DNA of 64,000 bases from Candidatus Eiseniibacteriota bacterium. GTDB taxonomy: Bacteria > Eisenbacteria > RBG-16-71-46 > JABDJR01. The position numbers and the translations under genes were made by a program. A model generated the notes under the pieces. It was not told the origin of the DNA and ran no database searches. It worked only from the letters and a program-made list of their open reading frames with translations. Below are positions 29,222 through 39,284 of this stretch, piece after piece (within the stretch, counting starts at the first letter, position 1; every line of letters starts with the position of its first letter). Location of the stretch: the NCBI GenBank assembly GCA_963783375.1, contig CAWANH010000028.1, forward strand, positions 1,952,001 through 2,016,000, given 5' to 3'.

Positions 29222-32200
29222 CCGGCGGGGAACGGAGGAGGTTTCGTGAGGCGAAGGAGATCGGTGTGGCGCGCATGATCAGGGTGCGGAGGCTCGCGCT
29301 GGCCGCGGTCGCTCTCGCCGCCCTGGCCTGGCTGGGGATCGCCTGGGCCGGCGTGCCGACCCCGGTGCCCAAGAACCAGCGGGGGCGTCTGGACGCGGAG
29401 CGGTCCGGCACCCACGACGCGGCGAACATCCGGACCTTGTTCTGGAACTACGGCATGGTGGGAGACTATCCCCCCGATCCCGGAAACGTGGATCTGAGCG
29501 TGTTCCATTCCGTCGAGGTGCCCAAGGGCAGCGGCATGGACTACTCGGATGGGATCACCCCCTTCGTGCTGGCCAAGATCAAGCAGCGGAACGGACTCGA
29601 CGCCTACATCATGGAGACGGGGTTCCGCGAGCGCCAGGCCACCAGCCCCTACTACAACCGGATCATGCGGTTCGAGCCGCGGCCGGGCTACTTCCAGGCC
29701 GACCCCAGCATCAACAAGGGCCGCTCCCCGGCCATCAGCAACGATCCCCGGACCTGGCCCGACTTCTGGCCGGACAAGCTCGACCAGGCCGACGACCCGG
29801 GGTGGAAGGGGAGCTGGGACGGCTACTTCGGGAAGGTCCCTAACGCCGACCAGGAAAGCTACATGGTGATGGACGACGACTTCTACGACGCCTGGGACTT
29901 CCGCCCGGACAGCCGGGACTCCACCCGCCGGGGGCTGGGGCTCAGGATCGAAGTCCGCGGGTTCCAGTGGGCGAACCCCCAGGCCCAGAACGTGATCTTC
30001 TGGCACTACGACATCACCAACGAGGGGACCACCGACTACGACGACAACATCGTCTTCGGCCTCTACATGGACTCCGGGGTGGGCGGGTCCGCTCTCTCCT
30101 GCGACGGGATCTACGAGTCGGACGACGACAACGCCTATTTCGACCGCACCATCAACGACCAGATCCTGAACCTGGTCTACACCTGGGACAACCACGGGAC
30201 CGGGGTGGACCTGACCAGCAACTGCGCCCGCACCGGGTACCTGGGCTACGCCTATCTGGAGACCCCGGGGAACGCCACCGACGGTATCGACAACGACAAC
30301 GACGGGATCACCGACGAGGTCCGCGACGGCGGCCCCGGGGACGTGATCGAGGGGAAGGACGCCATCCGGGCCTACGTCGAGAGCCACTACAACATGGTCA
30401 AGTTCGTGGCCACCTACGGACCGCTGGAGAATCGCCCGCCGTATCGGGCCGGGCGCTGGTGGACCGGCGACGAGGACATGAACTGGAACCAGGAAATCGA
30501 CGACGTGGGGGCGGACGGGGCGCGGGAGACCGGGGACCTCGGGGAAGGGGACGGGATCCCCACCGAGGGCGAGCCGAACTTCGACCGCACCGATCTCAAC
30601 GAGTCGGACCAGATCGGGCTCACCGGTTTCAAGCTGAACCGGATCAAGGCCGGCCAGGGAAACCCCAACACCGATGTGGACGGGATCGTCTTCTACACCG
30701 ACAAGGCCAACTGGCCCCAACGGCTCTACGAGCAGTTCACCGATCCCGATTCGTCCAAGCGATACGATCCTCCGCTGACCACCAACTACAACATCGGCTT
30801 CCTGTTCGCCTCGGGTCCCTTCGTCCTGAAGGCGGGAAAGACCGAGCGGTTCAGCTTGGCCCTGGCCTACGGGGGGGATCTGAACGAGCTGAAGCGCACG
30901 GTCAAGGTGGTCCAGCAGATCTACAACGCGAACTACCGGTTCGCGGTTCCCCCCGAGCTCCCGACCCTCACCGCCGAGTCGGGCGACGGCTACGTGCAGC
31001 TCTCCTGGGACGACGTGGCCGAGCGCGGGGCGGATCCGGTCACCGGCCAGTACGATTTCGAGGGGTACCGGATCTACCGATCCACGGATCCCGAGTTCCG
31101 GGATCCCCGGGTGATCACCAACGCCACCGGAACCGGGCCGGTCGGAAACGGTCGTCCGATCGCCCAGTGGGACCTGGTGGACGGGAAGAACGGATTCTCC
31201 AACATCACGGTGGAGGGGGTCGCCTACTACCTGGGGAACGACTCCGGGATCATTCACCACTGGACCGACACCACCGCGACCAACGGCCAGCAGTACTACT
31301 ACGCGGTTACCGCCTACGACTTCGGCTCGGATTCGCTGGCCTTCTACCCCTCGGAGAACTCGATCGCGGTGTCGCGGACCCCCCGGGGCGGCACCATTCT
31401 CCCCAAGAACGTGGTCTCGGTGCGACCCGAGCCGAAGGTCCTGGGATACGTGCCCGCCTCCACCGACGACGTCCAGCACGTCGCCGGCGACGGCACGGGC
31501 GCGGTGGCGATCCATGTGGTGAACTCCAACCTGGTTCCCGACGGCCATCTCATGAAGCTCGGGTTCACCTCGCCGTCCCCGGACAGCATCCGGGCCCGGA
31601 CCTACTCCCTGGTGGACAGCACCACCCACCAGACGGTGATCAAGATCGGGGAGGATCTGGAGGGACTGGGGATCGGTCCGGTGGGCGCGGGGCTCCTGCC
31701 GGTGGTCCAGACCCAGCAGATACCGGCGGTGGATCCCTCACGGACCGGCTTCGCGGAGGGGAGCCCCACCAACGCCGGGCTCCTGGTGAGCTACAAATCC
31801 GGCCTCTCCCCCGATTTCCGGCGTCCCGGCTACCCGGACGACTTCACCGTCACGTTCCACGACGAGGTGGTGGACACCTCCCTGGTGGTCTTCCCGTTCA
31901 AGGTCGGTCAACCGGCGAAGTTCAACGTGGTCATCCACGCTCCCGAGGGCGACCGGCGCGCGGACTTCATCTTCTACGATCCGGACAAGGATGGGACCCT
32001 GAGCCGGAGCGACGAGTACGTCGACATGGTGACCTACTCGCCCTACCAGCCGGGCGTGGCCCAGTCGACCTGGCGCCTCCAGCTGGACCCGAACGTGCCC
32101 GGCGAAGGCGAGACGCGGCAGCCCCTCGGGGCCGGGGACGTCTTCCAGGTGCGTCTCACCAAGCCTTTCCAGGCCAGCGACGTCTTCCTCTTCACCAGTC

Positions 32201-32553
32201 ACGGGGAGTATGTCGACGCGGCCAAGGCCAAGACGGACAAGGGATTCGAGCCCTACGTGGTTCCCAACCCCTACATCGGGTCGGCCAGCTTCGAGCCGGA
32301 GCGATTCGCCATCTCGGGGCGGGGGGAGCGGCGGATCGAGTTCCGGGGCCTCCCCAAGAAGTGTACGATCCGCGTCTACACCGTGCGGGGAGACCTGGTG
32401 CAGACCCTGCATCACGACGGATCCGACGACGGGTTCGTGGCCTGGGATCTTCGCAGCAAGGACAACCTGGAGGTGGCGCCCGGCCTCTACGTCTTCCACG
32501 TGGACGGAGGCACCCTGGGATCGCGAATCGGCAAGTTCGCGATCATCAAGTGA
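29218..32553 (+). CDS. Large secreted protein of unknown function (Ca-binding DxDxDG motifs, FN3-like domain, C-terminal CTD)
   Basis: Signal peptide; DGIDNDNDGITDE; VQLSWD...FEGYRIYRS...YYYAVTAYD; CTD YVVPNPY...IRVYTVRGDLV...WDL...PGLYVFHV...KFAIIK. The start may be 29218, 29266 or 29275. Confidence 0.75.
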   Translation: MTGGERRRFREAKEIGVARMIRVRRLALAAVALAALAWLGIAWAGVPTPVPKNQRGRLDAERSGTHDAANIRTLFWNYGMVGDYPPDPGNVDLSVFHSVEVPKGSGMDYSDGITPFVLAKIKQRNGLDAYIMETGFRERQATSPYYNRIMRFEPRPGYFQADPSINKGRSPAISNDPRTWPDFWPDKLDQADDPGWKGSWDGYFGKVPNADQESYMVMDDDFYDAWDFRPDSRDSTRRGLGLRIEVRGFQWANPQAQNVIFWHYDITNEGTTDYDDNIVFGLYMDSGVGGSALSCDGIYESDDDNAYFDRTINDQILNLVYTWDNHGTGVDLTSNCARTGYLGYAYLETPGNATDGIDNDNDGITDEVRDGGPGDVIEGKDAIRAYVESHYNMVKFVATYGPLENRPPYRAGRWWTGDEDMNWNQEIDDVGADGARETGDLGEGDGIPTEGEPNFDRTDLNESDQIGLTGFKLNRIKAGQGNPNTDVDGIVFYTDKANWPQRLYEQFTDPDSSKRYDPPLTTNYNIGFLFASGPFVLKAGKTERFSLALAYGGDLNELKRTVKVVQQIYNANYRFAVPPELPTLTAESGDGYVQLSWDDVAERGADPVTGQYDFEGYRIYRSTDPEFRDPRVITNATGTGPVGNGRPIAQWDLVDGKNGFSNITVEGVAYYLGNDSGIIHHWTDTTATNGQQYYYAVTAYDFGSDSLAFYPSENSIAVSRTPRGGTILPKNVVSVRPEPKVLGYVPASTDDVQHVAGDGTGAVAIHVVNSNLVPDGHLMKLGFTSPSPDSIRARTYSLVDSTTHQTVIKIGEDLEGLGIGPVGAGLLPVVQTQQIPAVDPSRTGFAEGSPTNAGLLVSYKSGLSPDFRRPGYPDDFTVTFHDEVVDTSLVVFPFKVGQPAKFNVVIHAPEGDRRADFIFYDPDKDGTLSRSDEYVDMVTYSPYQPGVAQSTWRLQLDPNVPGEGETRQPLGAGDVFQVRLTKPFQASDVFLFTSHGEYVDAAKAKTDKGFEPYVVPNPYIGSASFEPERFAISGRGERRIEFRGLPKKCTIRVYTVRGDLVQTLHHDGSDDGFVAWDLRSKDNLEVAPGLYVFHVDGGTLGSRIGKFAIIK

Positions 32554-32573
32554 GCGCGACCATGGAGCGGTTG

Positions 32574-33581
32574 ATGAGGAAATTCATCGGAGTCCTGGTC
32601 CTGACCGCGGTGCTCGGCCCGGGGCCGGCGTTCGCCCAAAGCAAGACCGGGACCACCATCGCCCAGTTCATGGGCATCGAGCCGAGCGCCCGGATCGCGG
32701 CCATGGGGAACGCGGGCGTCGCGCTGTTCGACGGCATTCAGGCCGCCTACTACAACCCCGCCGCCATCGGCTCGGTGCTGGACCCGGCGGTCCAGTTCAC
32801 CCACAGCGCCTGGTTCGCGGGCATCTCTTACGACTACGTGGCCGGCGGTCTTCCCCTGAGCGCCGGCACCCTGTTCGCCAGCGTGACCGCTCTCAACTCG
32901 GGGGAGATCGACGTCCGCACCGTGGACCAGCCGCTGGGCACCGGGGAGCGCTACACCGTTTCCGACTTCGCTCTTGGCCTGGGATTCGGGAGGAGCATCA
33001 CCGATCGATTCGGCGCGGGGTTCCAGGTCAACTACATCAACGAGACGATCTGGCACAGCACCCTGAACGTGCTCACCTTCAGCGCGGGGACCGCCTACCG
33101 GCTGATGGACAACGGGTTGATGATCGGGGCCAGCCTCTCGAACTTCGGAACCAAGGGCAAGTACGACGGACGGGATCTGGCCATCCAGTACGACGCCGAT
33201 CCGTCCCGATACGGGGACAACGGCTCGCTCCCGGCCAACCAGGCCACCGACGCCTATCCGGTGCCCATCCTCTTCCGGGTGGGATTCAGCCTCCCCCGTC
33301 AGATAACCAGCGATAGCGCGGTCCTCCTGGTGGCGGATGCGGCTCATCCCAACGACAACACCGAGAGCCTGAGCCTGGGCGGGGAGTGGGCCTGGAAGAA
33401 CGCGGTGGCGGTGCGAGCCGGCTACCAGGGCCTGTTCCTGCGGGATTCGGACGTGGGGCTGACCCTGGGGGTCGGTCTCAAGGGGGGCCTGGGGGAGACC
33501 GGGTTCCAGTTCGACTACGCGTGGGCGAAACACGATCGCCTGCAGGAGACGCATCGCATGACCTTCGCGATTTCATTTTGA
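32574..33581 (+). CDS. PorV/PorQ-family outer-membrane beta-barrel
   Basis: Signal peptide; QFMGIEPSARIAAMGNAG...YYNPA; amphipathic strands; terminal aromatic residue (HRMTFAISF). Confidence 0.82.
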   Translation: MRKFIGVLVLTAVLGPGPAFAQSKTGTTIAQFMGIEPSARIAAMGNAGVALFDGIQAAYYNPAAIGSVLDPAVQFTHSAWFAGISYDYVAGGLPLSAGTLFASVTALNSGEIDVRTVDQPLGTGERYTVSDFALGLGFGRSITDRFGAGFQVNYINETIWHSTLNVLTFSAGTAYRLMDNGLMIGASLSNFGTKGKYDGRDLAIQYDADPSRYGDNGSLPANQATDAYPVPILFRVGFSLPRQITSDSAVLLVADAAHPNDNTESLSLGGEWAWKNAVAVRAGYQGLFLRDSDVGLTLGVGLKGGLGETGFQFDYAWAKHDRLQETHRMTFAISF

Positions 33582-33672
33582 GCACGAGGCGCTGCCGGGG
33601 ACATTTCCCCTCCCCGGGCGACGCCGTTCGGGTCCTGAGTCGGCGACGGGTGGAGATGGGGAACAGACCGGA

Positions 33673-35292
33673 GTGAAAGACATGGCAACCAAGGCAATCG
33701 GCACCATAGGGTTCGGCATCGTTCTCCTCCTGGGGGTAGTCGGTCCGGCGAACAAGGCAGAAGCGCTCACGACCCCGGCCCTCCTGGACACGCTCCAGCA
33801 CACCGCGTTCGACTATTTCTGGAACGAGGCGAACCCGGCGAACGGCCTGATCAAGGACCGGAGCACGACCTACTCCCCCTGCAGCATCGCCTCGACGGGC
33901 TTCGGCCTCTCCGCCATCTGCATCGGGGTGGACCACGGCTGGGTTTCCCGGACCGACGGGGGGAACCGGGTGCTGACCACCCTCCAGACCCTCTGGACCA
34001 AACCCCAGGGGAGCGGGGGAAGCGGGTACATCGGGTACAAGGGGCTCTACTACCACTTCCTGGACATGACCACGGGCCTGCGTACCTGGGATTCCGAGCT
34101 ATCCACCATCGACACCGCCCTTCTCATGGCCGGGGTGCTGGACACCAAGCAGTACTTCTCGACCTCGGATACCCTGGACGTCCAGATCCGGGCCCTGGCC
34201 GATTCGATCTACTACCGCGTGGACTGGGAGTTCATGCGCGGGGTGAACCCCGGGGCCTACACCCCGATATACATGGGTTGGAAACCGGGGACCCTGTTCT
34301 CCGGGTACGGCGGCTGGTACGGCTACAACGAGGCCATGGTCCTCTACCTCCTGGCCCTGGGGTCGCCCACCCACCCCGTGCCGGCCACCACCTGGATGAC
34401 CTGGACCAGCGGCTATCAGTGGCAGACCTGGTACGGATACACCTACGTGAACTTCCCGCCGCTCTTCGGACATCAATATTCCCACTGCTGGTTCGATTTC
34501 CGGAACCGCCCCGACGCCTACATGACGAGCAAGGGGATCGACTACTTCGAGAACTCCCGGCGGGCGACCCTGGCCGCGCGCGAGTACTGCATCGCCAATC
34601 CGGGCGGGCATACCGGATACGGCGCGAACCTGTGGGGTCTGACCGCCAGCGACGACCCCTGGGGATACTCCGCCCACGGGGCTCCGCCGGCCCAGAACGA
34701 CAACGGGACCATCACCCCGACCGCCGCGGCGAGCTCCATCCCCTTCGCCCCCGAGGTGGTGATTCCCACCCTGCACTACATGTACGACAACCTCGGGGCG
34801 GGGCTCTGGGGGCCCTACGGGTTCCGCGACGCGTTCAACCTCGACCAGGTCTGGTGGGACACCGATTACATCGGCATCGACGAGGGTCCGATCATCATCA
34901 TGATCGAGAACTACCGGAACCAGGCGGTATGGAACCGGTTCATGATGAACCCCGACGTGGTGACCGGACTCCAGCAGGCCGGTTTCGCCAACGTGACCGG
35001 GGTGGGAGGCGAGGTGGCCTCGGGTTCGATCCCCCGGCGGCTGCAGCAGAACCGGCCGAACCCGTTCCGGGCCGCATCGACGATTTCGTTCCGCTTGGAG
35101 AACCCGGGGCCGGCCTCGTTGGTGCTCTACGACGCCTCGGGGAGACAGGTTCGGACGCTCCTGGACGGTTTCCAGGAGGCCGGGGATCACGAGATCCGCC
35201 TGGACGGGGGAGACCTCGCCAGCGGGGTCTACTTCTATCGACTGGACTACGAAGGCGGGCGGGAGTCGAGGCGCTGCATCGTGTTGCGCTGA
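33673..35292 (+). CDS. GH144 endo-beta-1,2-glucanase-like protein with a T9SS-type C-terminal domain
   Basis: Paralogue of 8477-9994 (SIASTGFG, ELSTIDTALL, NEAMVLYLLALGS, WGLTASD, GIDEGPI) plus CTD QNRPNPF...YDASGRQV...LASGVYFYRL. Confidence 0.85.
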   Translation: MKDMATKAIGTIGFGIVLLLGVVGPANKAEALTTPALLDTLQHTAFDYFWNEANPANGLIKDRSTTYSPCSIASTGFGLSAICIGVDHGWVSRTDGGNRVLTTLQTLWTKPQGSGGSGYIGYKGLYYHFLDMTTGLRTWDSELSTIDTALLMAGVLDTKQYFSTSDTLDVQIRALADSIYYRVDWEFMRGVNPGAYTPIYMGWKPGTLFSGYGGWYGYNEAMVLYLLALGSPTHPVPATTWMTWTSGYQWQTWYGYTYVNFPPLFGHQYSHCWFDFRNRPDAYMTSKGIDYFENSRRATLAAREYCIANPGGHTGYGANLWGLTASDDPWGYSAHGAPPAQNDNGTITPTAAASSIPFAPEVVIPTLHYMYDNLGAGLWGPYGFRDAFNLDQVWWDTDYIGIDEGPIIIMIENYRNQAVWNRFMMNPDVVTGLQQAGFANVTGVGGEVASGSIPRRLQQNRPNPFRAASTISFRLENPGPASLVLYDASGRQVRTLLDGFQEAGDHEIRLDGGDLASGVYFYRLDYEGGRESRRCIVLR

Positions 35293-35561
35293 GGGAGCCC
35301 GCTCCGGAGAGAGCCGGGGAGGCGGATCGGCCTCCCCAAGAACGACACGGAGAACGGAAACGATCCGAGTTGTCGGAGCGGGGGGAGAATCATATCCCCA
35401 GCCTGAAAAAACACGGTAACTCGTTCTGCTACTTACATTTCTATTGCTTTTGGATGCCGATCGTGACATCATGATTTCATCCGGGGGTGGGCCTTTCGGA
35501 TCGCCACTCCTGATGAAAGCCCGAGGAGGGCTCGAGAGACGCACAAGGAGGTTACGCAACT

Positions 35562-36371
35562 ATGAAACGGATCAGCTACACGAAGGGGATTCTTACGGTG
35601 GCGATGGCGGCGATCCTGGCCCTGGGGATCGTCTCGGTAGTCGCCGCGGCGACACCCAACCCGAACAGCGCGGTGCTGCTGGAGCGGGTCTTCAACGACT
35701 GCCCCGCCTCCGCTCTGACCTCGCTCAACAACTACCCGGCCGAGGTTTCGTTCGAAGACGTCGGAAGCGGCTGCTTCGGTTACGCCAACCTGCATTGCTG
35801 GCGCTTCTCCGAGGACGGAAGCACCCCGGCGGAGTTCGAGAACGGTTCCTCGTTCGAGTTCTCCGCGGACCTCGTGATCACCGGCGACGGCGCAGCCGAG
35901 GCGGGCCTCCAGGTCCGTCCGTGGTGGTCGGAGTCGGACGGACGCTTCAACTGCCGGACCACCGACGGCGAGATCGCCTGCTTCGGCGGCCGCCTGCCCT
36001 TCTACAGCTTCACCGCCTCCGACGGGTTGGTCTACGTGAAGGGCGACACCATCCACCTGGCGATCAACTATCAGCCGCACTGCCTGACCAGCGGCTGCCC
36101 GGCCGAGATCACCTACAGCCTGGTCTACGGCGGGATGTCCTACTCGAGCGGCCCCCTGGCCTTCGACGAGGGGAACCCGGCCGAGGATCCTCCCCACGGT
36201 CTCTGGGGCATGCTGTCCCCGGCCTACGTGGGCGGGCACGACCAGATCTTCTGGCAGACCGGCGGCCCGGACAGCGCGGTCAAGGTGCAGTGGTTGAACA
36301 TCACGTTCGCGGAGCAGCCCGTTCCGACCGAGCCCACCACCTGGGGCAAGGTCAAGAACCTGTACAACTAG
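35562..36371 (+). CDS. Secreted Cys-containing hypothetical protein with a C-terminal TWG tail
   Basis: AAGGAGG RBS, signal peptide, beta-rich domain, ending PVPTEPTTWGKVKNLYN. Confidence 0.8.
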   Translation: MKRISYTKGILTVAMAAILALGIVSVVAAATPNPNSAVLLERVFNDCPASALTSLNNYPAEVSFEDVGSGCFGYANLHCWRFSEDGSTPAEFENGSSFEFSADLVITGDGAAEAGLQVRPWWSESDGRFNCRTTDGEIACFGGRLPFYSFTASDGLVYVKGDTIHLAINYQPHCLTSGCPAEITYSLVYGGMSYSSGPLAFDEGNPAEDPPHGLWGMLSPAYVGGHDQIFWQTGGPDSAVKVQWLNITFAEQPVPTEPTTWGKVKNLYN

Positions 36372-36392
36372 CACCGAGTTCGATTCGCTTTG

Positions 36393-36431
36393 GGGCCGTC
36401 TCCGGTATTCCGGAGGCGGCCCTCTCTCTTT
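36393..36431 (+). terminator. Probable intrinsic terminator
   Basis: GGGCCGTCTCCGG-TATT-CCGGAGGCGGCCC hairpin followed by TCTCTCTTT, just after the 36371 stop. Confidence 0.65.
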
Positions 36432-36592
36432 GGGGGAGAATTTCCGGCCGCGGTTCGGGGTGGGGGACCCGGGGCCGCTCGGTTCCCTCCCCGCCACCCG
36501 CCGCCAGCTTCCCCGGTTCAACAACCCCGCCGCTTCGCGTAGAATCCCCGAAACGAACGTCGTTCCGTCACCTCGTCACGCGGGAGTCACCC

Positions 36593-37576
36593 ATGAGCCG
36601 TATTCTCGACACGATCCTCCTCACCGCCCTTCCCGCCTCGGGGAAGTCCGAGGTCCGCCGCTACCTGGACCGGCTGGACGCCCGGGCGGTGGCCGGAGAT
36701 TTTCACATGGGCCCGATCGTCCAGCTCGACGATTACCCCTACGTGCACCTGATGCGTCGGATCTCCCAGGAGATGCGGGACGCCGGCGCCGCCCCCCTCT
36801 TCTTTCCGTCCAACGACCAGCCTTTCTCCGAGCCCAAGGACTGGGGCACCCTGATCGAGCTGGTGAACGAGGACTATCGGGACCTCCACGAACGGCCGAA
36901 GATCGAGCCGGCGTCCGCGGCGGAGTGGCTGTTCGACCGCTTCGACGCCGCCCGCTCCCGGGTGGGCGCCGACCCCGCCCTGGGCAAGCTTCCCGCGACC
37001 CTCCGGGCGCGGCTGGCCGCCGCCCTGGAGAACGAGGCGAGGGAACTCCTCGCCGAGAAGCTCGGGGGCATCCCGGAGAGCCTCGAGGGGCGGACCATCG
37101 TGATCGAGTTCGCGCGCGGGGGTCCCCAGGGGTCGTCTCTGCCCCTCGCCCCCCCCTACGGCTACGCCTACAGCTTCTCCCGCCTCTCCGACGAGATCCT
37201 GGAGAGCGCCGCCGTGCTCTACATCTGGGTCACCCCCGAGGAGTCCCGTCGGAAGAACGAGGAGCGGGCGAAGCCGGGCCCGGAGGGGGACGCCTCGATC
37301 CTCCACCACGGGGTGCCCATCGCGGTGATGCTGGGGGACTACGGCACCGACGACATGGGCTGGCTCATCGAGCAGAGCGACCGGCCGGACACCGTCCGGG
37401 TGGAGACCCGGGGAAAGACCTTCCATCTGCCGGTGGCGCGGTTCGACAATCGGACCGACCTCACCACCTTCGTCCGGGAGGATCCCGCCGGCTGGCCCGA
37501 GGCCTCGGTGAAAGCCATCCACGCCGAGCTTCGGCGGGCCTTCGCCAAGCTGGCCGGGGTGGCGAGGAACGGCTGA
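36593..37576 (+). CDS. Hypothetical protein with an N-terminal P-loop-like motif
   Basis: ATG 36593 with a GGGAG RBS; ILLTALPASGKS; coding-like GC3 bias. Confidence 0.7.
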   Translation: MSRILDTILLTALPASGKSEVRRYLDRLDARAVAGDFHMGPIVQLDDYPYVHLMRRISQEMRDAGAAPLFFPSNDQPFSEPKDWGTLIELVNEDYRDLHERPKIEPASAAEWLFDRFDAARSRVGADPALGKLPATLRARLAAALENEARELLAEKLGGIPESLEGRTIVIEFARGGPQGSSLPLAPPYGYAYSFSRLSDEILESAAVLYIWVTPEESRRKNEERAKPGPEGDASILHHGVPIAVMLGDYGTDDMGWLIEQSDRPDTVRVETRGKTFHLPVARFDNRTDLTTFVREDPAGWPEASVKAIHAELRRAFAKLAGVARNG

Positions 37577-37806
37577 GCCGCCGGCCGGCGCCCGCCTCCT
37601 CCCGGTTCCGGATACCGGATAGGACCGGTCGGCTTTGAGATTTCCAAGCTTCGTCATGGACAGGTCGGGCTTCCGTTTCGGTCCCGAGGGGCGTAGGCTC
37701 GAAAGATAGCCGACGAGCGGCGCGATTGTTTATCCCCCCTGGCCGTGTTTGGCGCGCCGAATCGAGGATTGTGGCGGCCGGGGCTTTCTTTTCAATCGAG
37801 GCGGTC

Positions 37807-39279
37807 ATGAACATCCTCCTGGTTTCTCCCCGCACCCCCGACACCTTCTGGAGCTTCAAGCACGCCCTGCCGTTCATCTCCAAGAAGTCCACGCTGCCGC
37901 CGCTCGGGCTCCTCACCGTGGCCGCCATGCTGCCCGCTCGCTGGAACCTGAAGCTGGTCGATCTCGACGTCTCCTCCCTCGGCGACGACGAGATCCGGTG
38001 GGCGGACTACGTCATGGTGGGAGGGATGATCGTGCATCGCGATTCGGCGGCCGGGATCGCCCGCCGCGCGCGGGACCTGGGGCGGACGGTCATCGGCGGC
38101 GGTCCGCTCTTCACCACCGGCCACGAGAACTTCCCCGAGATCGACCACTTCGTGCTCGGCGAGGCCGAGGGGCTCATGGACCGCGTGGTCCGGGACATGG
38201 AGGCGGGGACCCTGGCCCCCATCTACGAGGACGCGAACCGTCCGTCCCTGGCCGGGACCCCCGTTCCCCGCTGGGATCTCATCGACCTTTCGAACTACGC
38301 CGGCATGTCGGTCCAGTTCTCCCGGGGATGCCCCTTCAACTGCGAGTTCTGCGACATCATCGTCATGAACGGACGGGTGCCCCGGACCAAGTCCCCGGCC
38401 CAGGTCGTCGCCGAGCTCGACGCTCTCCGCGGCCGGGGATGGAACGGCGAGGTGTTCCTGGTGGACGACAACTTCATCGGGAACAAGCGGCTGGTGAAGG
38501 AGCTTCTTCGCGAGCTGATCGTCTGGCGCCGCCGGACCCGGTCCCGGATGGAGTTCTTCACCGAGGCCTCGGTAAACCTCGCCGACGACCCGGAGCTTCT
38601 CGAGCTGCTTCCCGCGGCGGGGTTCCGGCGGGTCTTCCTCGGGATCGAGACCCCCCATCTCGAGAGCCTCCAGGAGTGCAGCAAGGCCCAGAACACGCGC
38701 GGCGACCTGGTGGCCTCGGTGCTTCGGATCCAGCGGGCGGGGATCGAGGTCATGGGCGGGTTCATCGTCGGCTTCGACCACGACCCCCCGGACATCTTCG
38801 AGCGGCAGTTCGAGTTCATCCAGCGGTCGGGGATCGTGACCGCGATGGTGGGGATCCTCACCGCGCTCCCCCAGACCCGGCTCTACCAACGCCTGGCCGA
38901 GGAAGGGCGGCTCCTGGGAGAGAGCTCCGGCAACAACACCGAGGCCTGCCTGAACTTCCTGCCCAAGATCGAACGCGAGGATCTGGTGGGGGGGTATCGG
39001 CGCCTGGTGCGGGCCCTCTACGAGCCGGAAGCGTTCTACGCGCGGGTAAGCCGGTTCCTCAAGGAGTCCCGGCACTCGGGACCCCGTCCCCACATCGGTG
39101 TGCGCCAGGTCCAGGCCCTGGTGAAGTCGCTCTGGAGGCTCGGGGTCCGTTCATCGGGGCGGCGGGCCTACTGGCGGTTCCTCGGGGCCACGCTGTTTCG
39201 CCGGCCGGGATCCCTGAGCACGGCGATCACCTTCACGATCTACGGCCACCACTTCCGCCGGGTGGCGGAGACGCTATAG
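37807..39279 (+). CDS. B12-binding-domain radical SAM protein (DUF4070-like C-terminus)
   Basis: PPLGLLTVAA N-terminal domain; CxxxCxxC motif (GCPFNCEFC); FLVDDNFIGN. Confidence 0.88.
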   Translation: MNILLVSPRTPDTFWSFKHALPFISKKSTLPPLGLLTVAAMLPARWNLKLVDLDVSSLGDDEIRWADYVMVGGMIVHRDSAAGIARRARDLGRTVIGGGPLFTTGHENFPEIDHFVLGEAEGLMDRVVRDMEAGTLAPIYEDANRPSLAGTPVPRWDLIDLSNYAGMSVQFSRGCPFNCEFCDIIVMNGRVPRTKSPAQVVAELDALRGRGWNGEVFLVDDNFIGNKRLVKELLRELIVWRRRTRSRMEFFTEASVNLADDPELLELLPAAGFRRVFLGIETPHLESLQECSKAQNTRGDLVASVLRIQRAGIEVMGGFIVGFDHDPPDIFERQFEFIQRSGIVTAMVGILTALPQTRLYQRLAEEGRLLGESSGNNTEACLNFLPKIEREDLVGGYRRLVRALYEPEAFYARVSRFLKESRHSGPRPHIGVRQVQALVKSLWRLGVRSSGRRAYWRFLGATLFRRPGSLSTAITFTIYGHHFRRVAETL

Positions 39280-39284
39280 ACGGA

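Noticed and set aside
35510-35540. Hammerhead-ribozyme-like CTGATGA...stem...GAGA
   Set aside because: The required GAAA core reads GAGA, stem II closure is imperfect, and no convincing stems I/III were found.
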